Made by a program: the position numbers and the translations under genes
Shown here: piece after piece, positions 13,201 through 25,905 of the stretch
Layout of the letters: each line of letters starts with the position of its first letter
How positions within the stretch are numbered: the first letter of the stretch is position 1
NCBI GenBank assembly: GCA_032718475.1
Contig: JAUCBJ010008130.1
Span: 1 to 64,000, forward strand
Length of the DNA: 64,000 nt
Direction of reading: 5' to 3'
From: Nemertoderma westbladi
Taxonomy: Eukaryota; Animalia; Xenacoelomorpha
Notes under the pieces: generated by a model
What the model saw: the letters and a program-made list of their open reading frames with translations, nothing else
Databases searched by the model: none
Told to the model about the DNA's origin: nothing

Positions 13201-16200
13201 GGGAATGGAGACACCGAAGCTGGACCAGTGGGAATGGAGACACCGAAGCTGGACCAGTGGGAATGGAGACACCGAAGATGGACCAGTGGGAATAGAGACA
13301 CCGAATGCTGGACCAGTGGGAATGGAGACACCGAAGCTGGACCCATGGGGACGGAAATTCCGAAGCTAGACCAGTGGGAATAGAGACACCGAAGCTGGAC
13401 CAGTGGGAATGGAGACACCAATGCTGGACCAGTGGGAATGGAGACACCGAAGCTGGACCCATGGGGACGGAAATTCCGAAGCTAGACCAGTGGGAATAGA
13501 GACACCGAAGCTGGACCCATGGGGACGGAAATTCCGAAGCTGGACCAGTGGGAATAGAGACACCGAAGCTGGACCAGTGGGAATAGAGACACCGAAGCTG
13601 GACCAGTGGGAATGGAGACACCGAAGCTGGACCAGTGGGAATGGAGACACCGAAGCTGGACCCATGGGGACGGAAATTCCGAAGCTAGACCAGTGGGAAT
13701 AGAGACACCGAAGCTGGACCAGTGGGAATGGAGACACCGAAGCTGGACCCATGGGGACGGAAATTCCGAAGCTAGACCAGTGGGAATAGAGACACCGAAG
13801 CTGGACCAGTGGGAATGGAGACACCGAAGCTGGACCAGTGGGAATGGAGACACCGAAGCTGGACCCATGGGGACGGAAATTCCGAAGCTAGACCAGTGGG
13901 AATAGAGACACCGAAGCTGGACCAGTGGGAATGGAGACACCGAAGCTGGACCCATGGGGACGGAAATTCCGAAGCTAGACCAGTGGGAATAGAGACACCG
14001 AAGCTGGACCAGTGGGAATGGAGACACCGAAGATGGACCAGTGGGAATAGAGACACCAAGCTGGACCAGTGGGAATGGAGACACCGAAGCTGGACCCATG
14101 GGGACGGAAATTCCGAAGCTAGACCAGTGGGAATAGAGACACCGAAGATGGACCAGTGGGAATGGAGACACCAATGCTGGACCAGTGGGAATGGAGACAC
14201 CGAAGCTGGACCCATGGGGACGGAAATTCCGAAGCTAGACCAGTGGGAATAGAGACACCGAAGCTGGACCAGTGGGAATGGAGACACCGAAGCTGGACCA
14301 GTGGGAATGGAGACACCGAAGCTGGACCAGTGGGAATGGAGACACCGAAGCTGGACCAGTGGGGATGGAGACACCGAAGCTGGACCAGTGGGAATGGAGA
14401 CACCGAAGCTGGACCCATGGGGACGGAAATTCCGAAGCTAGACCAGTGGGAATAGAGACACCGAAGCTGGACCAGTGGGAATGGAGACACCGAAGCTGGA
14501 CCAGTGGGAATGGAGACACCGAAGCTGGACCCATGGGGACGGAAATTCCGAAGCTAGACCAGTGGGAATAGAGACACCGAAGCTGGACCAGTGGGAATGG
14601 AGACACCGAAGCTGGACCCATGGGGACGGAAATTCCGAAGCTAGACCAGTGGGAATAGAGACACCGAAGCTGGACCAGTGGGAATGGAGCACCGAGCTGG
14701 CCGGGGCGGCCGAAGCTAGACCAGTGGGAATAGAGACACCGAAGCTGGACCAGTGGGAATGGAGACACCGAAGCTGGACCCATGGGGACGGAAATTCCGA
14801 AGCTAGACCAGTGGGAATAGAGACACCGAAGCTGGACCAGTGGGAATGGAGACACCGAAGCTGGACCAGTGGGAATGGAGACACGAAGCTGGACCCTGGG
14901 GACGGAAATTCCGAAGCTAGACCAGTGGGAATAGAGACACCGAAGCTGGACCAGTGGGAATGGAGACACCAAGCTGGCCGTGGGGAGGAGACACCGAAGC
15001 TGGACCAGTGGGAATGGAGACACCGAAGCTGGACCAGTGGGAATGGAGACACCGAAGCTGGACCAGTGGGAATGGAGACACCGAAGATGGACCAGTGGGA
15101 ATGGACACCAAGCTGGACCAGTGGGAATGGAGACACCGAAGCTGGACCCATGGGGACGGAAATTCCGAAGCTAGACCAGTGGGAATAGAGACACCGAAGC
15201 TGGACCAGTGGGAATGGAGACACCGAAGCTGGACCAGTGGGAATGGAGACACCGAAGCTGGACCAGTGGGAATGGAGACACCGAAGATGGACCAGTGGGA
15301 ATGGAGACACCGAAGCTGGACCCATGGGGATGGAAATTCCGAAGCTAGACCAGTGGGAATAGAGACACCGAAGCTGGACCAGTGGGAATAGAGACACCGA
15401 AGCTGGACCAGTGGGAATGGAGACACCGAAGCTGGACCAGTGGGAATAGAGACACCGAAGCTGGACCAGTGGGAATGGAGACACCGAAGATGGACCAGTG
15501 GGAATAGAGACACCAATGCTGGACCAGTGGGAATGGAGACACCGAAGCTGGACCCATGGGGATGGAAATTCCGAAGCTAGACCAGTGGGAATAGAGACAC
15601 CGAAGCTGGACCAGTGGGAATGGAGACACCAATGCTGGACCAGTGGGAATGGAGACACCGAAGCTGGACCCATGGGGACGGAAATTCCGAAGCTAGACCA
15701 GTGGGAATAGAGACACCGAAGCTGGACCAGTGGGAATGGAGACACCGAAGATGGACCAGTGGGAATGGAGACACCGAAGCTGGACCAGTGGGAATAGAGA
15801 CACCGAAGCTGGACCAGTGGGAATGGAGACACCGAAGATGGACCAGTGGGAATGGAGACACCGAAGCTGGACCAGTGGGAATGGAGACACCGAAGCTGGA
15901 CCAGTGGGAATGGAGACACCGAAGATGGACCAGTGGGAATGGAGACACCGAAGCTGGACCAGTGGGAATGGAGACACCGAAGCTGGACCAGTGGGAATGG
16001 AGACACCGAAGCTGGACCAGTGGGAATGGAGACACCGAAGCTGGACCAGTGGGAATGGAGACACCGAAGCTGGTCTCGTGGGGACGGAGACACCGAAGCT
16101 AGACCAGTGGGAATAGAGACACCGAAGCTGGACCAGTGGGAATAGAGACACCGAAGCTGGACCAGTGGGAATGGAGACACCGAAGCTGGACCCATGGGGA

Positions 16201-18530
16201 CGGAAATTCCGAAGCTAGACCAGTGGGAATAGAGACACCGAAGCTGGACCCATGGGGACGGAAATTCCGAAGCTAGACCAGTGGGAATAGAGACACCGAA
16301 GCTGGACCAGTGGGAATGGAGACACCGAAGCTGGACCCATGGGGACGGAAATTCCGAAGCTAGACCAGTGGGAATAGAGACACCGAAGCTGGACCAGTGG
16401 GAATGGAGACACCGAAGCTGGTCTCGTGGGGACGGAAATTCCGAAGCTAGACCAGTGGGAATAGAGACACCGAAGCTGGACCAGTGGGAATGGAGACACC
16501 GAAGCTGGACCAGTGGGAATGGAGACACCGAAGCTGGACCCATGGGGACGGAAATTCCGAAGCTAGACCAGTGGGAATAGAGACACCGAAGCTGGACCAG
16601 TGGGAATGGAGACACCGAAGCTGCCGCGGAAATTCCGAAGCTAGACCAGTGGGAATAGAGACACCGAAGCTGGTCTCGTGGGGACGGAGACACCGAAGCT
16701 AGACCAGTGGGAATAGAGACACCGAAGCTGGACCAGTGGGAATGGAGACACCGAAGCTAGACCAGTGGGAATAGAGACACCGAAGCTGCACCAGTGGGAA
16801 TGGAGACACCGAAGCTGGTCTCGTGGGGACGGAAATTCCGAAGCTAGACCAGTGGGAATAGAGACACCGAAGATGGACCAGTGGGAATGGAGACACCGAA
16901 GCTGGTCTCGTGGGGACGGAGACACCGAAGCTAGACCAGTGGGAATAGAGACACCGAAGCTGGACCAGTGGGAATGGAGACACCGAAGCTGGACCAGTGG
17001 GAATGGAGACACCGAAGCTGGTCTCGTGGGGACGGAAATTCCGAAGCTAGACCAGTGGGAATAGAGACACCGAAGCTGGACCAGTGGGAATGGAGACACC
17101 GAAGCTGGACCAGTGGGAATGGAGACACCGAAGCTAGACCAGTGGGAATAGAGACACCGAAGCTGGACCAGTGGGAATGGAGACACCGAAGATGGACCAG
17201 TGGGAATGGAGACACCGAAGCTGGTCTCGTGGGGACGGAGACACCGAAGCTAGACCAGTGGGAATAGAGACACCGAAGCTGGACCAGTGGGAATGGAGAC
17301 ACCGAAGATGGACCAGTGGGAATAGAGACACCAATGCTGGACCAGTGGGAATGGAGACACCGAAGCTGGACCCATGGGGACGGAAATTCCGAAGCTAGAC
17401 CAGTGGGAATAGAGACACCGAAGCTGGACCAGTGGGAATGGAGACACCAATGCTGGACCAGTGGGAATGGAGACACCGAAGCTGGACCCATGGGGACGGA
17501 AATTCCGAAGCTAGACCAGTGGGAATAGAGACACCGAAGCTGGACCAGTGGGAATGGAGACACCGAAGATGGACCAGTGGGAATGGAGACACCGAAGCTG
17601 GACCAGTGGGAATGGAGACACCGAAGCTGGACCAGTGGGAATGGAGACACCGAATGCTGGACCAGTGGGAATGGAGACACCGAAGCTGGACCAGTGGGAA
17701 TGGAGACACCGAAGCTGGACCAGTGGGAATGGAGGCACCGATGCTGGACCAGTGGGAATGGAGACACCGAAGCTGGACCCGTGGGGACGGAGACTCCGAA
17801 GCTAGACCAGTGGGAATAGAGACACCGAAGCTGGACCAGAGGGAATGGAGACACCGAAGATGGACCAGTGGGAATGGAGACACTGAAGCTGGACCAGTGG
17901 GAATGGAGACACCGGAGCTGGGCCAGTTGGAATGGAGACACCAATGTTGGACCAGTGGGAATGGAGACACAGAAGCTGGACCAGTGGGAATGGATACGCT
18001 GAAGCTGGACCAGCGGGAATGGAGGCACCGATGATGGACCAGTGGGAATGGAGACACCGAAGCTGGACTCGTGGGGACGGAGACTCCGAAGCTGGACCAG
18101 TGGGAATGGAGACACCGAAGCTGGACTCGTGGGGACGGAGACTCCGAAGCTAGACCAGTGGGAATAGAGACACCGAAGCTGGACTCGTGGGGACGGAGAC
18201 ACAGAAGCTGGACCAGTGGGAATGGATACGCTGAAGCTGGACCAGCGGGAATGGAGACACCGATGATGGACCAGTGGAAATCGAAACACAGAAGCTGGAC
18301 CAGTGGGAATGGAGACACCGAAGCGGGACCAGTGAGAATGGAGACACAGAAGCTGGACCAGTGGAAATGGAGACACCGAAGCAGGGCCAGTGGGAATTGA
18401 AACACCCTGAAGCTGGACCAGTAGGAATGGACCTACCAACAGTTGGACCCACGGGGATGGACATGCCGACAGTTGGAGCCGTGGGAACGGACACACTGTC
18501 AGCTGAAATCATGGGAATGGACACAGAGTT
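10290..18530. repeat. ~8.2-kb 29-bp satellite array with an 87-bp trimeric higher-order unit
   Basis: Monomer gaagctggaccagtgggaatggagacacc. Variants gaagctggacccatggggacggaaattcc and gaagctagaccagtgggaatagagacacc recur as a trimer. The array degenerates after ~17700. Confidence 0.97.
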
Positions 18531-19041
18531 GACCCACCCAACTCCTGTCTTGACAACTGAGCCCAGGGGACTCAATTGAATGACATCTGGTTCTTCCCGG
18601 AACAGAATGCCCACACCAGAGGGAAGCGACTGGTCAGGAACAGTTTCCCCTTCACAACGGGCGTTTCTGAGAATCACTGTTGCCCAAGCACTTGCCTCAT
18701 CTGGGGACAGATCACGCCATGTTAGCCAGGGTGAGTTTGACGTGGGATGCACCCTGGAAGTAGCTGAAAGCTGAAACTGCCCCCCCCCCCACCCCATATA
18801 AAGTCCTATCAGTGTCTTGAAGAGTCTCATCTAGGGGAGACTCATCACCATTATCCGTTGGCTGCAACAAACTCCTTTGACACTGGAAACATTCGGCTGG
18901 GATTTGATGTACCCTAGAGCGTTTCTGCCCAGCCCATTTAACGATGGGGCGCAGGTAGTGCAATTGAGTCCCCATTTCACACAAGCACACCTTTATCGCG
19001 TGACACCCACAACAATCAGGGACCCTAGGATGCTGGGACAT
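18400..19041 (-). pseudogene. Decayed 5' part of a second CRE-like retrotransposon ORF
   Basis: From ATG 19041: MSQHPRVPDCCGC, then after a frameshift RCACVKWGLNCTTCAPSLNGLGRN. This aligns with MSQGSQRCCQC...RCRCVRSGQPCVGCAPLSSGGCLN at 6381. Confidence 0.7.
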
Positions 19042-19461
19042 CGCCCATTCACAATGATATGCTGGCTGTAGTCTGACTAGTATGTAAGCAGTAACTCTAG
19101 CAGTAAAATTAGCTGATCCCCCAAATCAGTACTCTACATCTGTAGTTTGTTGTACTTGTTGTAATTATAGTAGTTTGATTTATTTAACAGATACTTGTTT
19201 ACTGAACAGAACAGATAATTGTTTTCTGTTAATATGTAAGTAATGATAATAATGTAAATTTGTAAATATATTTTATTTTATATTTGAAATTTAGTAGCCA
19301 TAGCATTTTACAGTAAATATTGTCTTATACTGTCGTGGTGAGCGTCTAATATGTCATTATTTTTCATTATTTCAAGAAGGACATATCTCATAATAAGCTA
19401 TGCTTGTTGTATACATTGAGTATATTATAAGTATTGAAGTTAAATGCTATTAAAGTATCAA

Positions 19462-19696
19462 CGGCTGGGTAGCTCAGTTGGTTGAGCGCCGGGCCTGCAA
19501 TCTATTGGTTGTAGGTTCAGCCCCGCCAGGGTCCACTCAGCCTTTCATCCACTGGGGTCGATGAAATGAGTACCAGTTAAATAACTGGGAGCAAATCTTG
19601 GGATAGGAGTAGCGCCCACCCCTACCCTCGGGTAGCAGCTATCGAAAGAGGAGCCTTCGGGTCGCCTCCGGCTTCGGCCGACTGTTTGCTTGCTTG
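19462..19696 (+). mobile_element. tRNA-derived SINE, full-length copy 2 with 10-bp TSD
   Basis: TSD aaagtatcaa at 19452-19461 and 19697-19706. A/B boxes, conserved central block, (ttgc)n tail. Confidence 0.9.
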
Positions 19697-21387
19697 AAAG
19701 TATCAAATGAATGATAGTAACTCAATTGAAGTGCAAACTGCATTTAAATAGTGCACATTTTTACGATATTTCAAACACAATTATTTCCAGATCAATATAT
19801 CCTAGGATGTTATTTTTTGTATTAAATCGTAGTTTGGAGTGATTTATAACTAAAATCTTAACATTTTGTTTAACTTTTTATGTTAATAAAGCTGGTTAAA
19901 ATCTCCTTGAATATAGTCCAAAATGTCGCCATTTGTTAAATTGCATTTTTGACACTTTTAGCAACTGGCACTTGATCTTACACCATCGTAGATCGGTAGA
20001 GGATAAACATAAGTGTGTGAAATAGGAACCACCTTTAGGATCCGCTAAAGTGCACTTGTACAAATAAGTATGCAAAAGTCAAATTTTTAATAACGTCAAA
20101 TAGTATAGTATTGGGTTCTTTCCGTTTCAGATAAATTATTTTCATATTAATATGTTGTTTGGACCTTACTGGGCGATTTAGGATTTGTGTACAAATAACC
20201 GGTCCTTATAAGGGTTCCAATGGATAATTAATAAAACATAAGGTTGTAATATTCTAAAACCCAATGTGATCTTAAATGAACTTTAAACAATAAATAGAGA
20301 TCAAATAACAAATAGACCACACAAATAAAAACTCGTACCATTTCGGACTTAATATATCGCTTCAAATTTGTTCAACAGTGGATATTAGATTTGAGAAGTT
20401 AGATGAACTGCATTTATGCAGTAAATCTAACTTCCCCCTTCGTGATATAATATACCAAAGGCACACTCTTTGGAGGACCTGTTGTTTACTATGCAGACTT
20501 CGTTCGCTGGACCTATACGACTTCAGTCAGATTAACATTATACTGTTAAATTTATAAGCGATGAGTGGTATAAAATGCTGAACTTCGAACTACGGCTCTG
20601 TAAATAAAAATTTTATTACTTTAACATCTATAGGGTTTTACCGGTGAAAGAAACCTAGAATCCATGTCACAATATAACGGTATCAATAACCATATCAATT
20701 CTATGTAGATCGTAACAGAGACATCCTTGATTCATGTATTATTATAATTTCAGAGCTGAAATATTTCGGTGACTATGACTTACAGACCTTTGTATTAGGT
20801 ACAAACGACTGAGTAATATTTATTAATATTCATGGGTCACCGGTATTTAGAGCGGTGTTCACTCGGAGCGTAAATGTATTGCTAAAACAACAACGAGAAA
20901 TATAAAATTAACGAACCCAGCTTTTTTTCCCTCGTGTCATTCGACCCCTACACCACCCCCCCCCCCATCCCTCTCGCTTTTCCCTTTACCTTGTGGTCTT
21001 TCGTAAAGTATATCTTCAGTGTGGGTCCGCCTTGGTTATGTGAAAAATTAAATTTTAGTTTTTCATAACAACCCTATTGTACACATATATGCACTATACA
21101 GTGTAAGTACGTACTTCCTTAGGGTTAAGACTGGGGGAGGATGGCGGTCCTTTTTTGGTTGGGATCAAAACGATATTCATTGTGATCTTTGAAATGACCA
21201 TGAATTGGAAACGTAAAAACTCACAAGCCATCCCATTCTTGGTAGACCCTGAATTACTTGATGATTCAAAATTTTCACCTGTGCCCATCAAACTTCTCAA
21301 TTTTTTTTGTCTAAACTGCCACTCAAACTCTCACTGTAAAATAATGAAACTACAAATAAACTCTTACTAAAACGGTATAATACTAAC

Positions 21388-22089
21388 CATCTTGTTGGTA
21401 AATTAATTGATCTTCATAAACTTCTTCCAGATCTTGCAGTGATAAATAGCAGCTGTAATACCGAGCATGTGAGATATATCCTGGGAAGCGTTGATTTGGA
21501 AACATGCATTCAGCAGTCCCACAAATACTTCGTCCCAAATAAAGATCGAAAACATGATCATTAACATCTCTGTTAGTATTGATGGTGTTAACAACATCTA
21601 TTCTTTGATGTTCAGAACTCCCAACTTTTCGACTGTAGAGGAATGTTTGCATATTGACGACGCCAACTGCAACCATATACCATTCTCCAATAGTCACAGC
21701 GTTTCTAAGTAATTTCCCGGGTTCACCAGCACCAGAAGGATTGGGATTATACCAAAGATCCTCAGCATTAGGGCAGCATAACCATAAATGTGACCCATAT
21801 GAAGTAGAACTGCTAAATTCAAATATTGGTCCCCATTGAGTTCCAGTTGTCTTAATAAAAGCTACCATGGTAAATGTCTCTGAAGTTAACTCGTCATGTC
21901 CATGTGATATTGAGATATAACCAGTATTACTTATCATGTCAACTGCTTGATTTTCTATCCCCCCAGGACCAACACTATATGTTATAATGCCGTTTTCAAT
22001 ACCATGATGATTTCCATAAAAATCGACAGCTGCATTTGATACATCCCAGATCCACAAAGACTTGTCTTTTTCACAAGGATCTGAAACAT
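21388..22089 (-). CDS. Host exon: concanavalin A-like lectin/LamG/pentraxin-like domain
   Basis: Motifs FTMVAFIK, GPIFEFS, GEWYMVAV, LYLGR, FPGYISHARYY..LS. Acceptor atttcag (CAG 22092-22090; alternative 9 nt downstream), donor gttagt at 21387. Phase 1-1. Confidence 0.85.
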
Positions 22090-22260
22090 CTGAAATAATA
22101 ATGTTAAAATTCAAATTCAAATTCAAATTCAAATTCGTATATTTCTTTCACTTATAACTATACACGAATTGCACAAATTAATATTGTAAATATTGGCAGC
22201 AGAGGCGCAGGCAATAGCAGAGCTAGTGGAGCCAGGGCCAATGCGTAAGTCATAAGTGGG

Positions 22261-22822
22261 ACTACTACTACTAGGATCGGCATGCTGCATTGCAGCTGCA
22301 TTTTTAAGAATGCTGTGCCGGCTTATCGACAAAATTGCACCTGCCACAACTCCCTATCACCCATGACATTTGCTAGATCATCCGCATCTTTAAGGCCAGT
22401 GTCCTTTAAGATGCGTCTCAAGAAAGTCATGGGCTGTCCACCATGCTTATTCACTCCATGAGGCTGCCAAAGTACAAGATTATGCACTGGCTGGTCCTCA
22501 CGGCGAAATGTCCTGCAAAGCGGAGGCGATTTTGTTCTAGTGTCAAGCTTGGGGGAACCAATGAGATACCTCCAATGTTATATAGTGTCTGGTTGGAGAT
22601 GTGTGCATTGTACTTGACACAATGAACCCGGCGTAGCATTCTTGTGAATGTGCCATCCAGAGATTTGGTGTCCTCAGCAGTTAGAGCCCAGCATGGACTC
22701 CCATAGAGAAGTACTGGAACTACTGCTGCTCTAAATAATCGGACCTTAAGTTTCCAATTAATTCTCGGTGACTTCCAAATCCTGGAAAGCCTATTCAAGG
22801 CTGCCCATGCCTTTCCCTTACA
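22261..22822 (-). mobile_element. 5'-truncated RTE-clade LINE with (TAG)n tail
   Basis: Encodes KLKVRLFRAAVVPVLLYGSPCW...RLRFAGH. Near-identical to 46473-46924. Tail actactactactag on +. Confidence 0.85.
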
Positions 22823-22829
22823 AATGGGT

Positions 22830-23325
22830 CAGTAATTGTTTCAGTAGAAAGATCAGTTTTAACAGTGAGTTTAGTTGGGAGTTTGGAGGAGTTGTTTCTA
22901 TTTAGCGCCGAATTTATTATAATCCACGTTTTTTTAATGTTACCGGCATTTTCTTGGAACTGTCTGGTGTAATATTTTTTCTCAGCTGTGCGGAGAATAG
23001 AGGTTAATTTATTTCTGTAAAAGTCTTGTGATTGCTGGAAGTGGGATTTTTAATATAGGTACGGTAAAATTAATTTTTTGTGAGAGTACAATTTAATAGG
23101 TTTTCTGTCATCCATGGCTTAAGTGGGATGGAGCGAAGAGGGACTACGGTGCGGGGAACGTGAGAAGAACATAAGTTATTAAGGTCATTGTAAAAGTTGT
23201 CGAATTTATCAGAAGCGTTTAAATTGTTAGTAAATGTACTGTTGCTCAGAGACTGGATGTCGGAAGTAAATGCAGTTTTATTGAAGTTGGAGTAGTCAAA
23301 TTTAAATGTTTGTTTAGGGGCAACG
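22830..23325 (-). mobile_element. Decayed CR1/L2-like LINE fragment (EN-RT linker)
   Basis: Minus strand translates ...FDYSNFNKTAFTSDI...LKPWMTENLLN..., with stops. Confidence 0.55.
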
Positions 23326-23549
23326 AATCAATTTTTTTAAAGCAATTTTAAGAAAGTTTAAATTATGAATTTAATTATTTATCGCATATTAAATAATTAT
23401 TATAACATTATTATATAAGCCATAAAATCTTACTATAAATCTTGCTGCAGGTCCATCCATAGAGGCCAAGATGAGGGTGAAGATCTGGGATTCACAATAC
23501 AAGAACGCAGAAGTAGTAGATATCCGGCAACTACAGTGACAAGGACTTT

Positions 23550-24030
23550 GCATATGAAATCGCCCTGCTCTCTAATATGCTAGCAGATGCACGACTGCAC
23601 AGCTTCTACTGCTTAAAGTGGAGAGGGCTGCTAAGGAGGTTGGATTGCATATAAATGCTACCAAGACTGTTATGTTGATGGAAACGTGACGACTTTTAGT
23701 ACCTGGGATCATGGATAGAGAGTAGCTTAAAATACATATAAGTTATGAAAGCAAATGCATGGGTACTCTTAGCTGTATCAAAAATGGATACCATCTGGAA
23801 ATCAGATCTCTACAGGCACCTGAACACTAAGTTCTTTCGAGCCACAGTAGAAAGTGTGACTTTATATGTGACCTGGATAGTGACAAAAATCACTTGAACA
23901 ACAAATTGATGGTTTTTACGCAAGACTATTGAAAGGGCAGCCCTAAATTAGCTGGAGAAAACACATGGCAAACACCGAGCTTTATGGTATGCTGTTCCCT
24001 GAGGCATTCATGATACCATTTGAATACGTA
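23550..24030 (+). mobile_element. Decayed RTE-like RT C-terminal fragment
   Basis: Pieces KVERAAKEVGLHINATKT, YLGSWI, KMDTIWKS, FFRATVES with frameshifts and stops. Confidence 0.65.
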
Positions 24031-24863
24031 ATAGATTTGGACAGACTGGGCGGGCACCCTGACCATATGCGCACCTACAGTGCCTACCTACCTGCCTAAA
24101 TAAAATAAAACATATCTGCTGGAATAGCTAATTAGTGAGCTCGTATCATTTCTCTTTATTCCTGCCGCTATCTTTGTATGACACAATCGCATAAAGCTAC
24201 AGAAGTTTTACCCCCAGTAGTGCGGCAAAGAAGTGCTGGCTGGCCAGGCCATTGAAATGCCTGGGTAAAGGAATTCGGCGTTTACATTCAAAATGTCCGC
24301 TGTGCTAAACAGAGCCATATAGATTTATACAGTAATTCATGCAGTAGCACTCTACATAATATTGATAGGGCAACAGACACCTGTTTAAGACACTTACAAA
24401 TTCCAACTTCCAAATTCCTGTTGGTGGGAAGCATAGCCACCAACAGGCTTCTGACAAGAGAGTATGAAATGATTGACAGGACAGAATTTTGAGCTACAGT
24501 GAAATCTTTGACGTCACTTTGTCATTTCTTGGAACTTTTAGAAATATGAGATACTTTTAGTTCTTTATTTATTAATTATTTATTTATTTTTATTTCCTTC
24601 AATTATTTGGTCGGGGTGCACTATTTACAATAATAACAAAATAAATAACTAATAATAATAAAAATTAATAATAAATATATTTTCTATTGTTATTAGTTTA
24701 TTAAATTTTCTAGAGCAGCGCATTGATGGCAGTTGACAGTAGCGTCAAAGGCCAATTGGACCATCAGTGGCCATTTGTCATGGTAACCGGCTCGGCCGTT
24801 CAGGCGGCCAGGTGCCGAGTGGGGTAGTACAGTTTTATGTTTAGAGGTCTGTCTCTAACCTGT

Positions 24864-25153
24864 GCTCAGACCTTATGCTATTACTGGTAACTGTTTACTA
24901 CCTATGTTATATATTATATTATTAACATGGATGCAAAGACAAGAAGCTAGTTTTCCCCAACATCCAGGTCAGAAACACCCACCCCATACAACACCAGTAT
25001 TGGTGTTGGTGTTAACTGGAGTTGTAGGGGGTGGGTGTTTCTGACCTGGATGTTGGGGAAAACTAGCTTCTTGTGTTTGCATCCATGTTAATAATATAAT
25101 ATATAACATAGGTAGTAAACAGTTAGTTACCAGTAATAGCACAAGGTCTGAGC
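24864..25153. repeat. ~290-bp near-perfect palindrome (arms ~135-140 bp, loop ~15 nt)
   Basis: 24864-24998 is the reverse complement of 25014-25153. Confidence 0.9.
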
Positions 25154-25905
25154 CCGATATGATTGCACAAAGAACTCTGGGTCAGTGATGTAACACTGTC
25201 AGTAATGAACAACAACCGTAAAGCTAAAGCGGCCTCTCTGGGCAAGTGAGATGCCTTAACAGTGAAGTACAAATTGTAGTTACAGTGGTATTGCCACAGA
25301 TAGATTGAGAGAGGCTAATGGAGGTGTCAGGAGCAGCTGTTTTGCTATTGGGTGGTGTCATTTGATTAATCGGTTGTTTGTCTTAATTAATCTCTCTAGC
25401 ACACTATCTATTGGTGGCGACATAATGTTAGAATGCCATCACCTTGTAGATTAGAAATTGAAAGTAGTTGAAATGCACTGTACCAATAAATATAAACTAA
25501 ACAATAGCTCTATACTAATACGTGGTAGAACTAGCTTCTTGTTTCTGCTTCCATGTATAATAATATATAGCATAGGTAATATACAGTTACCAGTAATAGA
25601 ACAAGAATGAATTCGATGCTATAGCACCAATAACTCTGGGTCAATATGAAACACAGTCAGTAAAAAACAGATACCGTTAAACTAAAGCGACCTCTCAGGG
25701 TATGAGAAATCCGTGTACTGAGATATAAATTGTTATAACAATGATAATAGCTACTATGTAGGTTGGTTATAATGCACTGTACCAAAAAATAATATACACC
25801 AAACAACATCTAACATTAATATACGGTAGATTGCGCAGTCATGTGACAACCAATTTGGTCCTTCTGGCAAGGCTCCTGCTTGTAAGTTGACCTTTGGGGT
25901 CCTTA

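Noticed and set aside
10290-18530. CRISPR array or long repeat-protein genes suggested by the many ORFs
   Set aside because: Units are head-to-tail with no unique spacers and no cas genes. The 29-bp period is not a multiple of 3, so the ORFs are artefacts of stop-poor repeats.
19463-19530. Functional tRNA-Cys gene (also 776-842)
   Set aside because: Stems pair poorly, and the sequence continues into a SINE body with a tail and TSD.
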